Shown in pieces: positions 8,340-17,896 of a DNA stretch of 58,824 nt. A program made the translations under genes and the position numbers. The stretch is from Spirochaetota bacterium. Its GTDB lineage: Bacteria > Spirochaetota > UBA4802 > JAFGDQ01. Below the pieces are notes generated by a model. The model searched no databases, had not been told where the DNA came from, and saw only the letters and a program-made list of their open reading frames with translations. Numbering within the stretch: the stretch's first letter is position 1; each line of letters opens with the position of its first letter. The stretch spans positions 1-58,824 of the forward strand of contig JAZDKB010000001.1 in assembly GCA_043803405.1 (NCBI GenBank), written 5' to 3'.

Positions 8340-10298
8340 ATGTCCGTTTTTCAATTTCCCAAAAGTCCAAATAAAGTTCACCCTGAATTGCCAAGTGCCG
8401 TTGGTTCCAGAAACTCAATCGTTCAGGAAGGACGAGATAAAGTTGCCGAATCAAAATTAGTTTTGGATGAGACAACTGACAAAGTTTTAAACCATATTCA
8501 AAGCAAATTGCCTGTAGAAGTACTGGAAAAAATCGACATTATGGGCGGTTTAAAAGAAAAACTGTATGGCTACATCAACCAGACATACGTCAATATGTTT
8601 AACAGATACAATGTAACCATGGAAGATGAAATTATAAAAAAAGTCCGTGATTTCGTCGATAAGGAAGAATCAAAATGTCTGGCAAGATATACACCCAGAG
8701 AAATAACAGAAATGCTGGATAAAATCGGCGGAGCGGAAAAATTCAATACAGGTGAGATTGAAAAATCCATTGTAAATATGTATGGCCACCTTCAGGGCCA
8801 TATTCAGAGAGGATTAAACGACCTCGAGAACGAAACAAACTCCATTTTAAGACAGAAAACAGATGTCGGTGCATTTGTAAGAGGCCAGAACGCATATGCA
8901 ATTCTTAAATGCATCTTTAAAGACAATTTCCTTAAACCGAAATATGTTTATGATGTTAAATTATCAATAAACATTTGCGACAGCGAACTTGTAAGCCCTA
9001 TAAAACATTACCAGGTTACTCTTGAGTCTTTGCTAAAAAAATCAATTCAATCCCATATTCATAACTTGATCGAAAGACAGATTGAAGAGCTTAAAGAAGA
9101 ACTCGTTGATCAGGGCAAACAGGAACTGGAAGCATCTGAAATAATGTTCGAAAAGATTAAAAGAGTGGAAAACTTCACTGACGACAACAAGGAAGACGAG
9201 AAATCAAAGAGGTATACAATCCTTGCAAAAAAATTCCTTGATAAGATAGAAGGCCTTAGAGCTGAAATAGACGAAGGTGAATACGATCCGCTAAATATAA
9301 GAGAAAACATCAAGTTTGTCATAGACGAAGAGAATATAAGAGGCAGAGGTTACAATTCATGTCTTAACTCCTTAACTTCAATTCTCGATACAAGCAAAAT
9401 GGGATATCAGGTTTGCGATAACCTTAAAAATGCCAGAGTTTGCCATATCAGAGAATATGAAGAAATGGATCCGACAGTTCTTCCCGATGAAAGATACGGT
9501 ATTAGAATGGCTTATTATGATCAGGACCAATTAAGGGAAGAGAAAAAAGAATTCGACAAACAGATGGAAGCATTCAGCAGAGAGATCGCTAAGTTATGGG
9601 ATGTAGTCCATGCGCATTATGAATCAAAAAAGAGATTCAGATCGCTCAAAGATTTCGACGATCTTACAAAGAGACTTATGAAGAAGGAATGGAGAGTCAG
9701 CACAAAAGAGGAAGATGATGCAAGCGGCATTCTATGGAATGAACTCGGTGAAATGTATCCTGAAAATACTTTTGTTGAAAAAAACAACAGAACGTACGAA
9801 TTCAGAACACTTCATTTAGTAAGAAAAATGAGATATTTGCGTGAGATGGTTGCCAAAATGCACGGTTATCAGAATCCGATTGAGCGTGTTATTATTGATG
9901 AGAGAATTGACTTTGTTGAAAAGAGATTCCATGAATTTACATATAAAGTCAATCCGCATCATATTCAACCGGGGCTTATCCTTGATATCGATGTAACTAC
10001 TACAAAGAGAAAACAGTATATTCTGAAAGGAATGGCCGGTGTACTGAACGAATTCCTGTTCGATATTTCAAAGGGATTTGCGGATGCAGCATTTGCTTCT
10101 TACACAAGAAGAAGATCAACTGTAAGAGACGACATAGATCAATCGTTCGCAACAGAGGAAGTTCAGGAACATATATTCGAATCAGCATATAAAGCATCTA
10201 ATGAAGCTTCGGAAGTAAAGGGGACTGTTGACTTAACGCCTTCGGCAAAGAAAAAAGCAACATCAAAAGGAAGAACTTCAGGATTAAAAGAACTCTAA
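8340..10298 (+). CDS. cfpA: Cytoplasmic filament protein CfpA
   Basis: Motifs as recalled for Treponema CfpA: PKSPN..HPE.PSAVGSRNS, MGGLKEKLY, KFNTGEIEKS.VNMYGHLQGHIQRG, LRQK.DVGAFVRG, SKGFADAAFAS..RRRSTVR. Confidence 0.92.
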   Translation: MSVFQFPKSPNKVHPELPSAVGSRNSIVQEGRDKVAESKLVLDETTDKVLNHIQSKLPVEVLEKIDIMGGLKEKLYGYINQTYVNMFNRYNVTMEDEIIKKVRDFVDKEESKCLARYTPREITEMLDKIGGAEKFNTGEIEKSIVNMYGHLQGHIQRGLNDLENETNSILRQKTDVGAFVRGQNAYAILKCIFKDNFLKPKYVYDVKLSINICDSELVSPIKHYQVTLESLLKKSIQSHIHNLIERQIEELKEELVDQGKQELEASEIMFEKIKRVENFTDDNKEDEKSKRYTILAKKFLDKIEGLRAEIDEGEYDPLNIRENIKFVIDEENIRGRGYNSCLNSLTSILDTSKMGYQVCDNLKNARVCHIREYEEMDPTVLPDERYGIRMAYYDQDQLREEKKEFDKQMEAFSREIAKLWDVVHAHYESKKRFRSLKDFDDLTKRLMKKEWRVSTKEEDDASGILWNELGEMYPENTFVEKNNRTYEFRTLHLVRKMRYLREMVAKMHGYQNPIERVIIDERIDFVEKRFHEFTYKVNPHHIQPGLILDIDVTTTKRKQYILKGMAGVLNEFLFDISKGFADAAFASYTRRRSTVRDDIDQSFATEEVQEHIFESAYKASNEASEVKGTVDLTPSAKKKATSKGRTSGLKEL

Positions 10299-10335
10299 AA
10301 AGGAGTTAGTATAAAATTGTATAACAAGTAAGTAT

Positions 10336-10369
10336 AAAAAAGGATGCTATTAAAATAGCATCCTTTTTT
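10336..10369 (+). terminator. Rho-independent terminator after cfpA
   Basis: AAAAAAGGATGCTATT-AA-AATAGCATCCTTTTTT. Confidence 0.8.
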
Positions 10370-10465
10370 CTTTGCTGCTTTTCTATGCCGCTTTCTTTAT
10401 TCTTAATACTGCTTATCTAATTTGCATTTTACAATATTTTTGAAAAATAAAGGAGAAATTAACTA

Positions 10466-11374
10466 ATGGAAACGACCTTTTTTTCGCTGGCTACTAAAAG
10501 CAAGTTTAATAAAGGACTTAATCATTTCTTTGCTGTTAATGAAGTTGTTGAAGAAGTCGGTTCAGGTTATAATATTGCCGATTTAATCGGGAAAAAACTT
10601 GATGAAGATGAACTAATGCGGGACCAGATTCTGCCGATAGTCGGATCTGTTATAAAAGAAAAATTTAATTACTCATATGATTCGTTTAACATACCAAGTA
10701 CAATTACCGACTTTAATAAAATTATTGAAGAAACTTCGAAATGGACAGCCGTTGATATTTTGATCGTCTACTATAATCCGAATGGCGAAATATTTTTAAT
10801 CAATCCTAAAAATCCTGCGCACTGGGAAAAAGCAGGCGATCTTTCAGCCGATCATCTTGCTGTTATATATGCAAAGTACTTAAAATCGGAAAATAAAACA
10901 ATTTCAGATGAAGCCATTAAGGCTATTGAAGAAATGATAGCAGGCAAAGATGTATTTATAAATCAGGAATTTATTGACCATACCGTAAGCCCTAAAAGAG
11001 TAGCAAGAAAGGAATCAGCAACCGGGAAAGAGCAGCCCGGCAAAAAAACGCTTACTCCTAAATACTCTGTTCTTGTTACTAATGAACTCTTTCATAACGG
11101 CAATGTCGAAGCATGGAAAAAAATAATTGAAAGTTTTAAGGCTTCTCATCCGGACCTGGAGGTGGCAATTTTTTATGACAACGAATTGATTAATGACATC
11201 AATTCGCTGTTTAAATGGGGCAAGGTTAAAAGTAAATCCTATATTTATTTTCAGGTTAGCGGTGAAAACATAAGAGATGTTTCGAAGTTGCAAAAATACT
11301 TATTTGAAGGCGCCAGCGTCAGATTTGAACAATTTCTAAAACTGGGCGTAGGGAAAGTTTTAAAATTATTTTAA
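10466..11374 (+). CDS. Conserved spirochaetal hypothetical protein with putative C-terminal HPr-like domain
   Basis: AAGGAG RBS. Residues ~198-280 (KYSVLVTNELFH...F...V.I...SLFKWG...I.F.VSGE...V..L) follow the HPr pattern, with His210 at the His15-equivalent position. Confidence 0.6.
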   Translation: METTFFSLATKSKFNKGLNHFFAVNEVVEEVGSGYNIADLIGKKLDEDELMRDQILPIVGSVIKEKFNYSYDSFNIPSTITDFNKIIEETSKWTAVDILIVYYNPNGEIFLINPKNPAHWEKAGDLSADHLAVIYAKYLKSENKTISDEAIKAIEEMIAGKDVFINQEFIDHTVSPKRVARKESATGKEQPGKKTLTPKYSVLVTNELFHNGNVEAWKKIIESFKASHPDLEVAIFYDNELINDINSLFKWGKVKSKSYIYFQVSGENIRDVSKLQKYLFEGASVRFEQFLKLGVGKVLKLF

Positions 11375-11519
11375 AATAAATAAATTTTATTATTCTTGTT
11401 TCTTCTATATTTTAATAAAGGCTGCTGTTTATTTTATTATTGTTTCAGATGAAATGATATTTAAAATCAATTTTTAATATATTACTTACATTTTATTTCT
11501 TCCGGAGGTTAAAAATCTT

Positions 11520-14117
11520 ATGGACAATATAATAAATTTTAATAAAGAATTAAAAGATTTTGACGACAAATTATTTAAAAGATCCGGCATAAGAGGCCGC
11601 AGAGCTCTTGAGCTTGCCAAAATCGGGCTCCCTATTGCACCCGGATTCATTATCGATTCTGATTTAACCAAAAAGCTGCCACGGGTTAACATTAAACAGC
11701 TCATTAAAACCGCTATTACTCAACTTGAAAAAGATATTGATAAAGGTTTTGGAAATCAGAAAAAACCGCTGCTACTAAAAGTAGTATTAAGCTCTGATTT
11801 AAATGTTCCTTTCTTCCCTTCCATCCACCATGTCGGATTAAATGAAAAAACTGTTGATGGTTTTGCAGAATTTACCGGTGAGGATTTTGCCTACGGTGAA
11901 CAAATTTATCTTCTGCACAGCATAGCTACAAAAATATATAAACTTGATGAAGGGGATATTAAAAAACTGGAAGAAAAATCTTCTAAACAGATGAATCTTG
12001 AAAGCGCAAAAAAAACTATTGAAAATTACAAGAAATATCTGGGAGACAGATACAGCGACGATGTATATGATCAGCTTGGGCTTATTTTAAAAGGCGCTGC
12101 GGATGCTTACTGTGATTCTGAACTCGATGTTGATAACTCTTTAGCCATTATGGTTCAGGCTATGGTCTACGGCAATTACGGGCAGAATTCATTTTCCGGC
12201 AACTATTATACAAGGGATATTGTAACCGGAGAACCTAAAATAAAAGGACAATACTTACAAAATGCGTTTGATATCGACAAGGTCAAACCAAAAGATATTT
12301 CTACAATTGAAAAAAAATATTTTACCCACTTTGCCGATATTGCAAAAAAAATTGAAGATAACTTTAAGGAAATCCGCGAAATAAAATTTACAATTGAAGA
12401 AGGAAAATTCTGGATTGTTGAACAGTTCGAGGTTGATGAAAAGTCAACACAGGCACACATTAAAACAATGCTGGACCTTTCTAAAAGAAAAAAAATCACT
12501 GAAGAATATCTGGTTGAACATATTCAGCCTAATCAGCTCAACGAATTGCTGCATCCGGTAATTGATCCCAGAACAACTAAAGGAGTAAAAACGATCCAGG
12601 GCGGGGTATCAGGTTCAACCGGCGCAGCCATTGGAAGGGTTTTCTTTTCTACACCAAGCCTGCTAGAAGCTCATAAAAGAGCGATAATGAGAGGAGATGA
12701 TACGAACTTAATTCTCGTTATGCCTGCAACTTATGCTGAAGATGTTAAAGCGATTGAAGTCGCAAAAGGCGTAATTTCGACAGAAGGCGGATTCTCTTCA
12801 CATGCGCCTGTTGTCGCACGCAGCCTGGGCAAAGTCGCGATGGTTCAGCCAGATATGAAAATAAGGGGGACCAGTTTTACTCTGGGCGGAAAAACAGTAA
12901 GTGAAGGCGATTTTATTTCAATAAATGTGCCCTACTATGAAGCACCAACAATTTACCTGGATAAAGTAGGCCTCATTGAACCTAATTTCAAGGAAAACGG
13001 CCTTCTAGATTTTCTCGATATTGTAAATAAATTCATCGATTCATTTGACGTAAGGGCGAACGCCGACCAGCCGAAGGACGCTGTTATCGCAAAACAATTC
13101 CATGCAAGGGGGATCGGCCTTTGCAGGACAGAGCACATGTTCTTTAACGAGAAAAGAATTATGACATTCAGACAGATGATCCTTGCAGAAGATGAATCGG
13201 AAAGAAGAAAAGCGCTTTCTGCTTTAAAACCCATGCAGAGAACCGACTTTTACGAATTATTCAAAATTATGCAGGGACTTCCTGTGACTATCAGGCTTCT
13301 GGATGCTCCGCTGCATGAATTTCTTCCGAGAACGTCCGGCAGCATGGATGAGCTGGTTGCGTTTCTTAAATCAAAAAAAGACCGGGCCAGCGCTTCAGAA
13401 GTTAAAGCAAGATGCGACGAGCTTGCGGAGATGAACCCCATGCTTGGCCACAGAGGTTGCAGGGTTGCAGTCACGCATCCGGAAATTTACGAAATGCAGT
13501 GCAGAGCAATCTTTGAAGCAGCCTGCATGTTAAAAAAAGAAGGTATAGAGGTTAAACCCGAAATAATGATTCCTATCGTAATGAGCGAGCATGAACTTAA
13601 ATTTATAAAAACAGGCAAAAAAATTGAAGGGAAAACGGTTAAAGGAATCCGCGATATAAAAGACGAAGTAATAAAAGAATACGGTGTAGATCATCTTGAT
13701 TACAGCATAGGCTCAATGATTGAGCTTCCGGCTGCCGCTTTGAGAGCAGGCTCTATTGCCCAGCATGCGGAATTCTTCAGCTTCGGCACGAATGACCTTA
13801 CACAGACATCCTACGGTCTTTCCAGGGACGACAGCAACTCGTTCTTCCCGAGCTATTCTCTTTACGATCTTATGAAAGACAATCCCTTTAAAGTGCTGGG
13901 CGAAGAAGTAAAAGAATTAATCGAGCTCGCTCAACTGAGAGGAAAACTCACCAGGCCGAATATTAAATGCGGCTTGTGCGGCGAGCACGGGGCAGATCCT
14001 GAAAATATTGCGTTCTGCATAAATGTCGGATTAAATTATGTTTCATGTTCTCCATATTCAATTCCTCTCGCAAAACTGGCGATCGCAAAATATAATTTAG
14101 CAAACAAGGAAGAGTAA
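11520..14117 (+). CDS. ppdK: PPDK-derived PEP-utilising protein with degenerate nucleotide-binding domain
   Basis: Full PPDK architecture. Intact GGFSSHA (His428), GLCRTEHMFF, TIRLLD, MIELP, FGTNDLTQ and GLCGEHG (Cys820). ATP-grasp motifs are altered (see findings). Confidence 0.85.
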   Translation: MDNIINFNKELKDFDDKLFKRSGIRGRRALELAKIGLPIAPGFIIDSDLTKKLPRVNIKQLIKTAITQLEKDIDKGFGNQKKPLLLKVVLSSDLNVPFFPSIHHVGLNEKTVDGFAEFTGEDFAYGEQIYLLHSIATKIYKLDEGDIKKLEEKSSKQMNLESAKKTIENYKKYLGDRYSDDVYDQLGLILKGAADAYCDSELDVDNSLAIMVQAMVYGNYGQNSFSGNYYTRDIVTGEPKIKGQYLQNAFDIDKVKPKDISTIEKKYFTHFADIAKKIEDNFKEIREIKFTIEEGKFWIVEQFEVDEKSTQAHIKTMLDLSKRKKITEEYLVEHIQPNQLNELLHPVIDPRTTKGVKTIQGGVSGSTGAAIGRVFFSTPSLLEAHKRAIMRGDDTNLILVMPATYAEDVKAIEVAKGVISTEGGFSSHAPVVARSLGKVAMVQPDMKIRGTSFTLGGKTVSEGDFISINVPYYEAPTIYLDKVGLIEPNFKENGLLDFLDIVNKFIDSFDVRANADQPKDAVIAKQFHARGIGLCRTEHMFFNEKRIMTFRQMILAEDESERRKALSALKPMQRTDFYELFKIMQGLPVTIRLLDAPLHEFLPRTSGSMDELVAFLKSKKDRASASEVKARCDELAEMNPMLGHRGCRVAVTHPEIYEMQCRAIFEAACMLKKEGIEVKPEIMIPIVMSEHELKFIKTGKKIEGKTVKGIRDIKDEVIKEYGVDHLDYSIGSMIELPAAALRAGSIAQHAEFFSFGTNDLTQTSYGLSRDDSNSFFPSYSLYDLMKDNPFKVLGEEVKELIELAQLRGKLTRPNIKCGLCGEHGADPENIAFCINVGLNYVSCSPYSIPLAKLAIAKYNLANKEE

Positions 14118-14138
14118 GCAGCTCGGGATAAGTATATA

Positions 14139-15407
14139 ATGAATGCAACAGTAGAAACATATACAGAGGAAACCGGAAAACAAGTGGATAATCTCAATAA
14201 ACTTCTTGAAATTAACGCCATTATCAATTCAACGCTTGATATAGGAAAATTGCTGAATATAATAATGGAAATTATCAAGGATATAATGAATGCAGAAGCC
14301 AGCACTCTTTTTTTATACGAAGAAAAAACAAAGGACCTTGTATTTAAGGTTGCATTGGGTGAAGCTGGGAAAGAACTGGCTGAAAAACACAGAGTTAAAA
14401 TCGGCAGGGGTGTAGCAGGCTGGGTTGCGGAAAAAAGAACGCCCATTTACATTAATGATGTTTACGCTGATAAGAGATTCGATCCTAATTACGATAAAAT
14501 TACGGGATTCAGCACAAAAGCAATATTATGCGTTCCGCTTTTATTCAAGGGAAAGCTTATCGGGGTAATCCAGGCAATTAATCCAAAAGGCAGGCAGGGA
14601 TTTGATGATAATGACATGATACTTTTCTCCGCCTTTTCCGAACAGGCTGTTCTTGCTGTTCAAAACGCAATCTTCTTTCAGCAGGCGGTTGAAGAGCAAA
14701 GGATAAAAGCCGAGATAAACTCCGCCAGATCGTTTCACAATTCCCTGCTCCCTCCTGTTGATAAAAAATACAAGAATATTGAAATTGCCGCCCGGTCGAT
14801 CCCGGCCAGAGAATTAGGGGGCGAATTTTACGATATTTCTTTCTTCAATGATTCGGTGGGCATTACGCTTGGAGACACTCAGACAAAAGGGATTCCCGGA
14901 GCGCTGAACGCTTCCATTCTGTTGGGCGCCATTAAAGGCGTAACATCGATTGTCCACGGCAACCCGGCTAAATTGCTGTATAATCTCAATAATACTATTG
15001 GTAAAAATATTGAGATCATGTCCATTTTTAACGGATTAATATCTTGCGAAAAGAAATTGATCCAGTTCATTAATGTAGGCTTTGCTTACCCTATAATAAT
15101 ACGAAAAAATGTCGCCCGATATTTAAAATTTACCTCTCCTTCCGGAATGGCGATTCTGCATCCGAAGCTAATAAATGTAAAGCTGGAGCCGAATGACTTT
15201 TTTGTAATCATCACTGACGGGATCGTAAATCTTAAAAACAAAGGAGCGCAGAACCTGGGACTAAAAAGAATTATGGATCATCTTTGCAGGAATTATAAGA
15301 GTCCAAAAGAGATTGTAGAATCCCTTAATAATCTTGCGGATGAATTTTTGGAAGGCCTTGAAAAGATGGAAGATATTTCAATAATTGTTTTTAAATTAGA
15401 AAACTAA
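14139..15407 (+). CDS. GAF + SpoIIE/RsbU-type PP2C phosphatase domain protein
   Basis: GAF motifs IGRGVAGWVAE, DVYADKRF and ILCVPL...LIGVIQAIN. PP2C-like GGEFYD, LGDT, ITDGI and EDISII. Confidence 0.85.
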   Translation: MNATVETYTEETGKQVDNLNKLLEINAIINSTLDIGKLLNIIMEIIKDIMNAEASTLFLYEEKTKDLVFKVALGEAGKELAEKHRVKIGRGVAGWVAEKRTPIYINDVYADKRFDPNYDKITGFSTKAILCVPLLFKGKLIGVIQAINPKGRQGFDDNDMILFSAFSEQAVLAVQNAIFFQQAVEEQRIKAEINSARSFHNSLLPPVDKKYKNIEIAARSIPARELGGEFYDISFFNDSVGITLGDTQTKGIPGALNASILLGAIKGVTSIVHGNPAKLLYNLNNTIGKNIEIMSIFNGLISCEKKLIQFINVGFAYPIIIRKNVARYLKFTSPSGMAILHPKLINVKLEPNDFFVIITDGIVNLKNKGAQNLGLKRIMDHLCRNYKSPKEIVESLNNLADEFLEGLEKMEDISIIVFKLEN

Positions 15408-15419
15408 GGGAATAATAAT

Positions 15420-15641
15420 ATGAGCAATTATGTTTCCGTAATTTTTTGCAGAAACTGCAGTTCCAGATATGTTGAAATTGAGGAATGGGATACAAACGAA
15501 AAAAAAGTGGTAATTCACTGCAGGACGTGCGACATAAGGGAACCTCTCACTAATTTCACCTTAGGGAGATGTAAAATCCCGGATAAAGATCTTCAGGAAG
15601 CAAGGGATACAAAAGCTGTTCCCTTTAAACCTGAAAGGTAG
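15420..15641 (+). CDS. Small zinc-ribbon protein
   Basis: CRNC...CRTC pair, 73 aa, 12 bp after the phosphatase gene. Confidence 0.65.
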   Translation: MSNYVSVIFCRNCSSRYVEIEEWDTNEKKVVIHCRTCDIREPLTNFTLGRCKIPDKDLQEARDTKAVPFKPER

Positions 15642-15702
15642 CTACTCTATAAATACCGGGGAATTATCAACACTCATGAAATTGATTATTAATAGTCCCT
15701 TG

Positions 15703-16518
15703 TTATTTATTTTTAAAAAATCTCTTAAAAAGAACATTCATAAAAAATACTACAACCATAATCAGTCTTCCTATTCTCCACGGCCTTGTAATAATCCGGT
15801 AAAACCATTCAAGACCTCTCATCATGAAAAACGGGGGCGCTTTTTTTATAACTCCTGAAATTATGTCAATACTCCCTCCTACCCCGATTATTATTCCGTT
15901 TTTAAGCTCGCTTTTCAGTTTATAAATCCATTCATCTTCTTTTGGAAATCCAAGGCCGACAAAGATTATATCCGGCTCGCTTTTCTGTATTGCTTCAATT
16001 ATCGCTTTTTCCCTTTCCTCGCTGAAATACCCGCCATGCCTTCCTACAATCCTGATCTTTGGAAAAGATTTGCGTATATTAAAAAATGCGCGTTCAACAA
16101 TTTCAGGCTTTCCGCCAACAAGAAAAATAGTATGCTCTTTTATTTCAGCAATACGTATCAGGTCCATCATAAAACTAAGAATGGGGATTCTCTCTTTTAT
16201 TTTGGAGTTAAGCTTTTCCGATGCCCACTGAATTCCTGCTCCGTTGGTTAAATACATGGAAGCCTTGCTGTAAATGACTCTCAGATCCGCGTTAAATTTT
16301 ATCTTTTGTATTTTATAAGGATTCAGAAATATTATATGATATAATCCCTTCGCTGTAATCATATTCATAACTTTTACAATAGACTGGTCTCTTGTAACGT
16401 TATCTATTGCTACCCCTAATATATTAACAATATTTATATCATCCAGTTTTACCTGGTTATATTCGAGAATAATATCCCTGTTCTCTTTCCATGAATCATA
16501 ATATATTTCATCGCCCAC
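15703..16518 (-). CDS. WecB/TagA/CpsF family glycosyltransferase
   Basis: IFLVGG, G.HGGYF, PDIIFVGLGFPKED.WI, GVGGSID, KAP....GLEWFYR. GGAGG RBS favours GTG 16518. Confidence 0.9.
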   Translation of the reverse strand: MGDEIYYDSWKENRDIILEYNQVKLDDINIVNILGVAIDNVTRDQSIVKVMNMITAKGLYHIIFLNPYKIQKIKFNADLRVIYSKASMYLTNGAGIQWASEKLNSKIKERIPILSFMMDLIRIAEIKEHTIFLVGGKPEIVERAFFNIRKSFPKIRIVGRHGGYFSEEREKAIIEAIQKSEPDIIFVGLGFPKEDEWIYKLKSELKNGIIIGVGGSIDIISGVIKKAPPFFMMRGLEWFYRIITRPWRIGRLIMVVVFFMNVLFKRFFKNK

Positions 16519-16556
16519 TTCAATCCCTCCGGTTAAACAAAGATATAATTTTTTAT

Positions 16557-17813
16557 TTACTTCTTCATTGCGCAGAATTCGCCGCACATTGAACACTGAT
16601 CATCCCCTGAAGGGAGTTCGCTTCTGTATTTTTCAGCTTTTTGTTTATCTATTGCAAGCCCGAACATCACTCCCCAATCACGTTTTTTTCTTGCTTTGGA
16701 CATATTATTGTCCCACGAGATAGCTTTATCTCTAAGCTTTACCAGGTCGCCAGCGTGTGCTGCTATCTTCGAAGCAATTACGCCCTCTTTTACGTCCTCC
16801 ACAGTCGGCAGCCGCAAATGCTCGGCAGGCGTCACATAGCAGAGAAAATCCGCGCCGCTTGCTGCGGCAATGGCGCCGCCTATAGCTGACGTGATATGAT
16901 CATAACCGGGCGCTATATCAGTGACAAGCGGCCCAAGCACGTAATAGGGGGCATTATCGCAGATCGACTTCTCCAGCCTCATGTTCTCCGCGATCATATC
17001 AAGAGGGACATGCCCGGGACCTTCTATTATCGCCTGCACGCCCTTATCCCTTGCCCTTCTCGCAAGTTCTCCCAGTATAATCATCTCGTGTATCTGCCCC
17101 CTGTCGCTGGCATCGCTAATGCATCCCGGACGAAGACCGTCTCCAAGGCTAATTACTATATTATATTCTGCCAATATGTCAAGAATCTCATCATAATATT
17201 GATATAACGGATTTTGCTTTTTATTGAAAGAAATCCATTGCGAAAGCATCGATCCACCCCTGCTTGTAATGCCTACAATACGCTCCTGTGAATTAAGTGA
17301 TTCCAGCGACTCGGTCGTTACGCCTGAATGTATGGTCATGTAATCAACGCCGTCTTCGGCCTGTCTTTTAATGACTTCGAGATAATCTTCTATTTTCATA
17401 TCTATTATTGATTTTCTCTGTTGCACCATGTGAACTGCGACCTCGTAAATAGGCACTGTTCCCAGGGGAACGGTTGATTCTTCAAGAATTCTTTTTCTGA
17501 AATCCCTGATATTGCCCCCGGTACTCAGATCCATGACCGTATCCGCTCCGTATTCAATAGCGGTTTTTAATTTAGCTAGTTCAACATCGATTTTAAACAT
17601 ATCGGGAGAAGAGCCGATGTTTGCGTTTATCTTTGTCCTTAAACCTTTTCCTACGGCAACAGGTTTAATGTTTTTTTTGTTATTCTTAAATATAGCTATT
17701 TCACCTTTTGCGAATGAGTCCATAACCTGCTTAAGAGGCACGTCTTCATAGCCGGCAATTGCTTCAACTTCGGGTGTAATAATACCTTGTTTTGATTTCT
17801 GAAAAATATTCAT
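16557..17813 (-). CDS. thiC: Phosphomethylpyrimidine synthase ThiC (a BzaF-type paralog is not excluded)
   Basis: TKINANIG.S, GADTVMDLSTGG, GTVPIY, SRGGS, SLGDGLRPG, EGPGHVP, GYDHITSAIGG, CYVTPAEHL and C-terminal CSMCGEFC. Confidence 0.9.
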   Translation of the reverse strand: MNIFQKSKQGIITPEVEAIAGYEDVPLKQVMDSFAKGEIAIFKNNKKNIKPVAVGKGLRTKINANIGSSPDMFKIDVELAKLKTAIEYGADTVMDLSTGGNIRDFRKRILEESTVPLGTVPIYEVAVHMVQQRKSIIDMKIEDYLEVIKRQAEDGVDYMTIHSGVTTESLESLNSQERIVGITSRGGSMLSQWISFNKKQNPLYQYYDEILDILAEYNIVISLGDGLRPGCISDASDRGQIHEMIILGELARRARDKGVQAIIEGPGHVPLDMIAENMRLEKSICDNAPYYVLGPLVTDIAPGYDHITSAIGGAIAAASGADFLCYVTPAEHLRLPTVEDVKEGVIASKIAAHAGDLVKLRDKAISWDNNMSKARKKRDWGVMFGLAIDKQKAEKYRSELPSGDDQCSMCGEFCAMKK

Positions 17814-17896
17814 GTTTACTCTTTTTGATTTTATTATTCTGGTAAGCAGGGTAATTCAAATAATTTGCCACAGCAACAAAGGGACGCTAGACTCAT

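Noticed and set aside
11520..14117. Treating the PPDK-like gene as a pseudogene or as an ordinary ppdK
   Set aside because: The ORF is intact with fully conserved His and PEP domains, so it is not decayed. The ATP-site residues are missing, so it is unlikely to be a normal dikinase.
17814..17896. TPP riboswitch upstream of thiC
   Set aside because: No CTGAGA or other TPP aptamer motif in the short gap.
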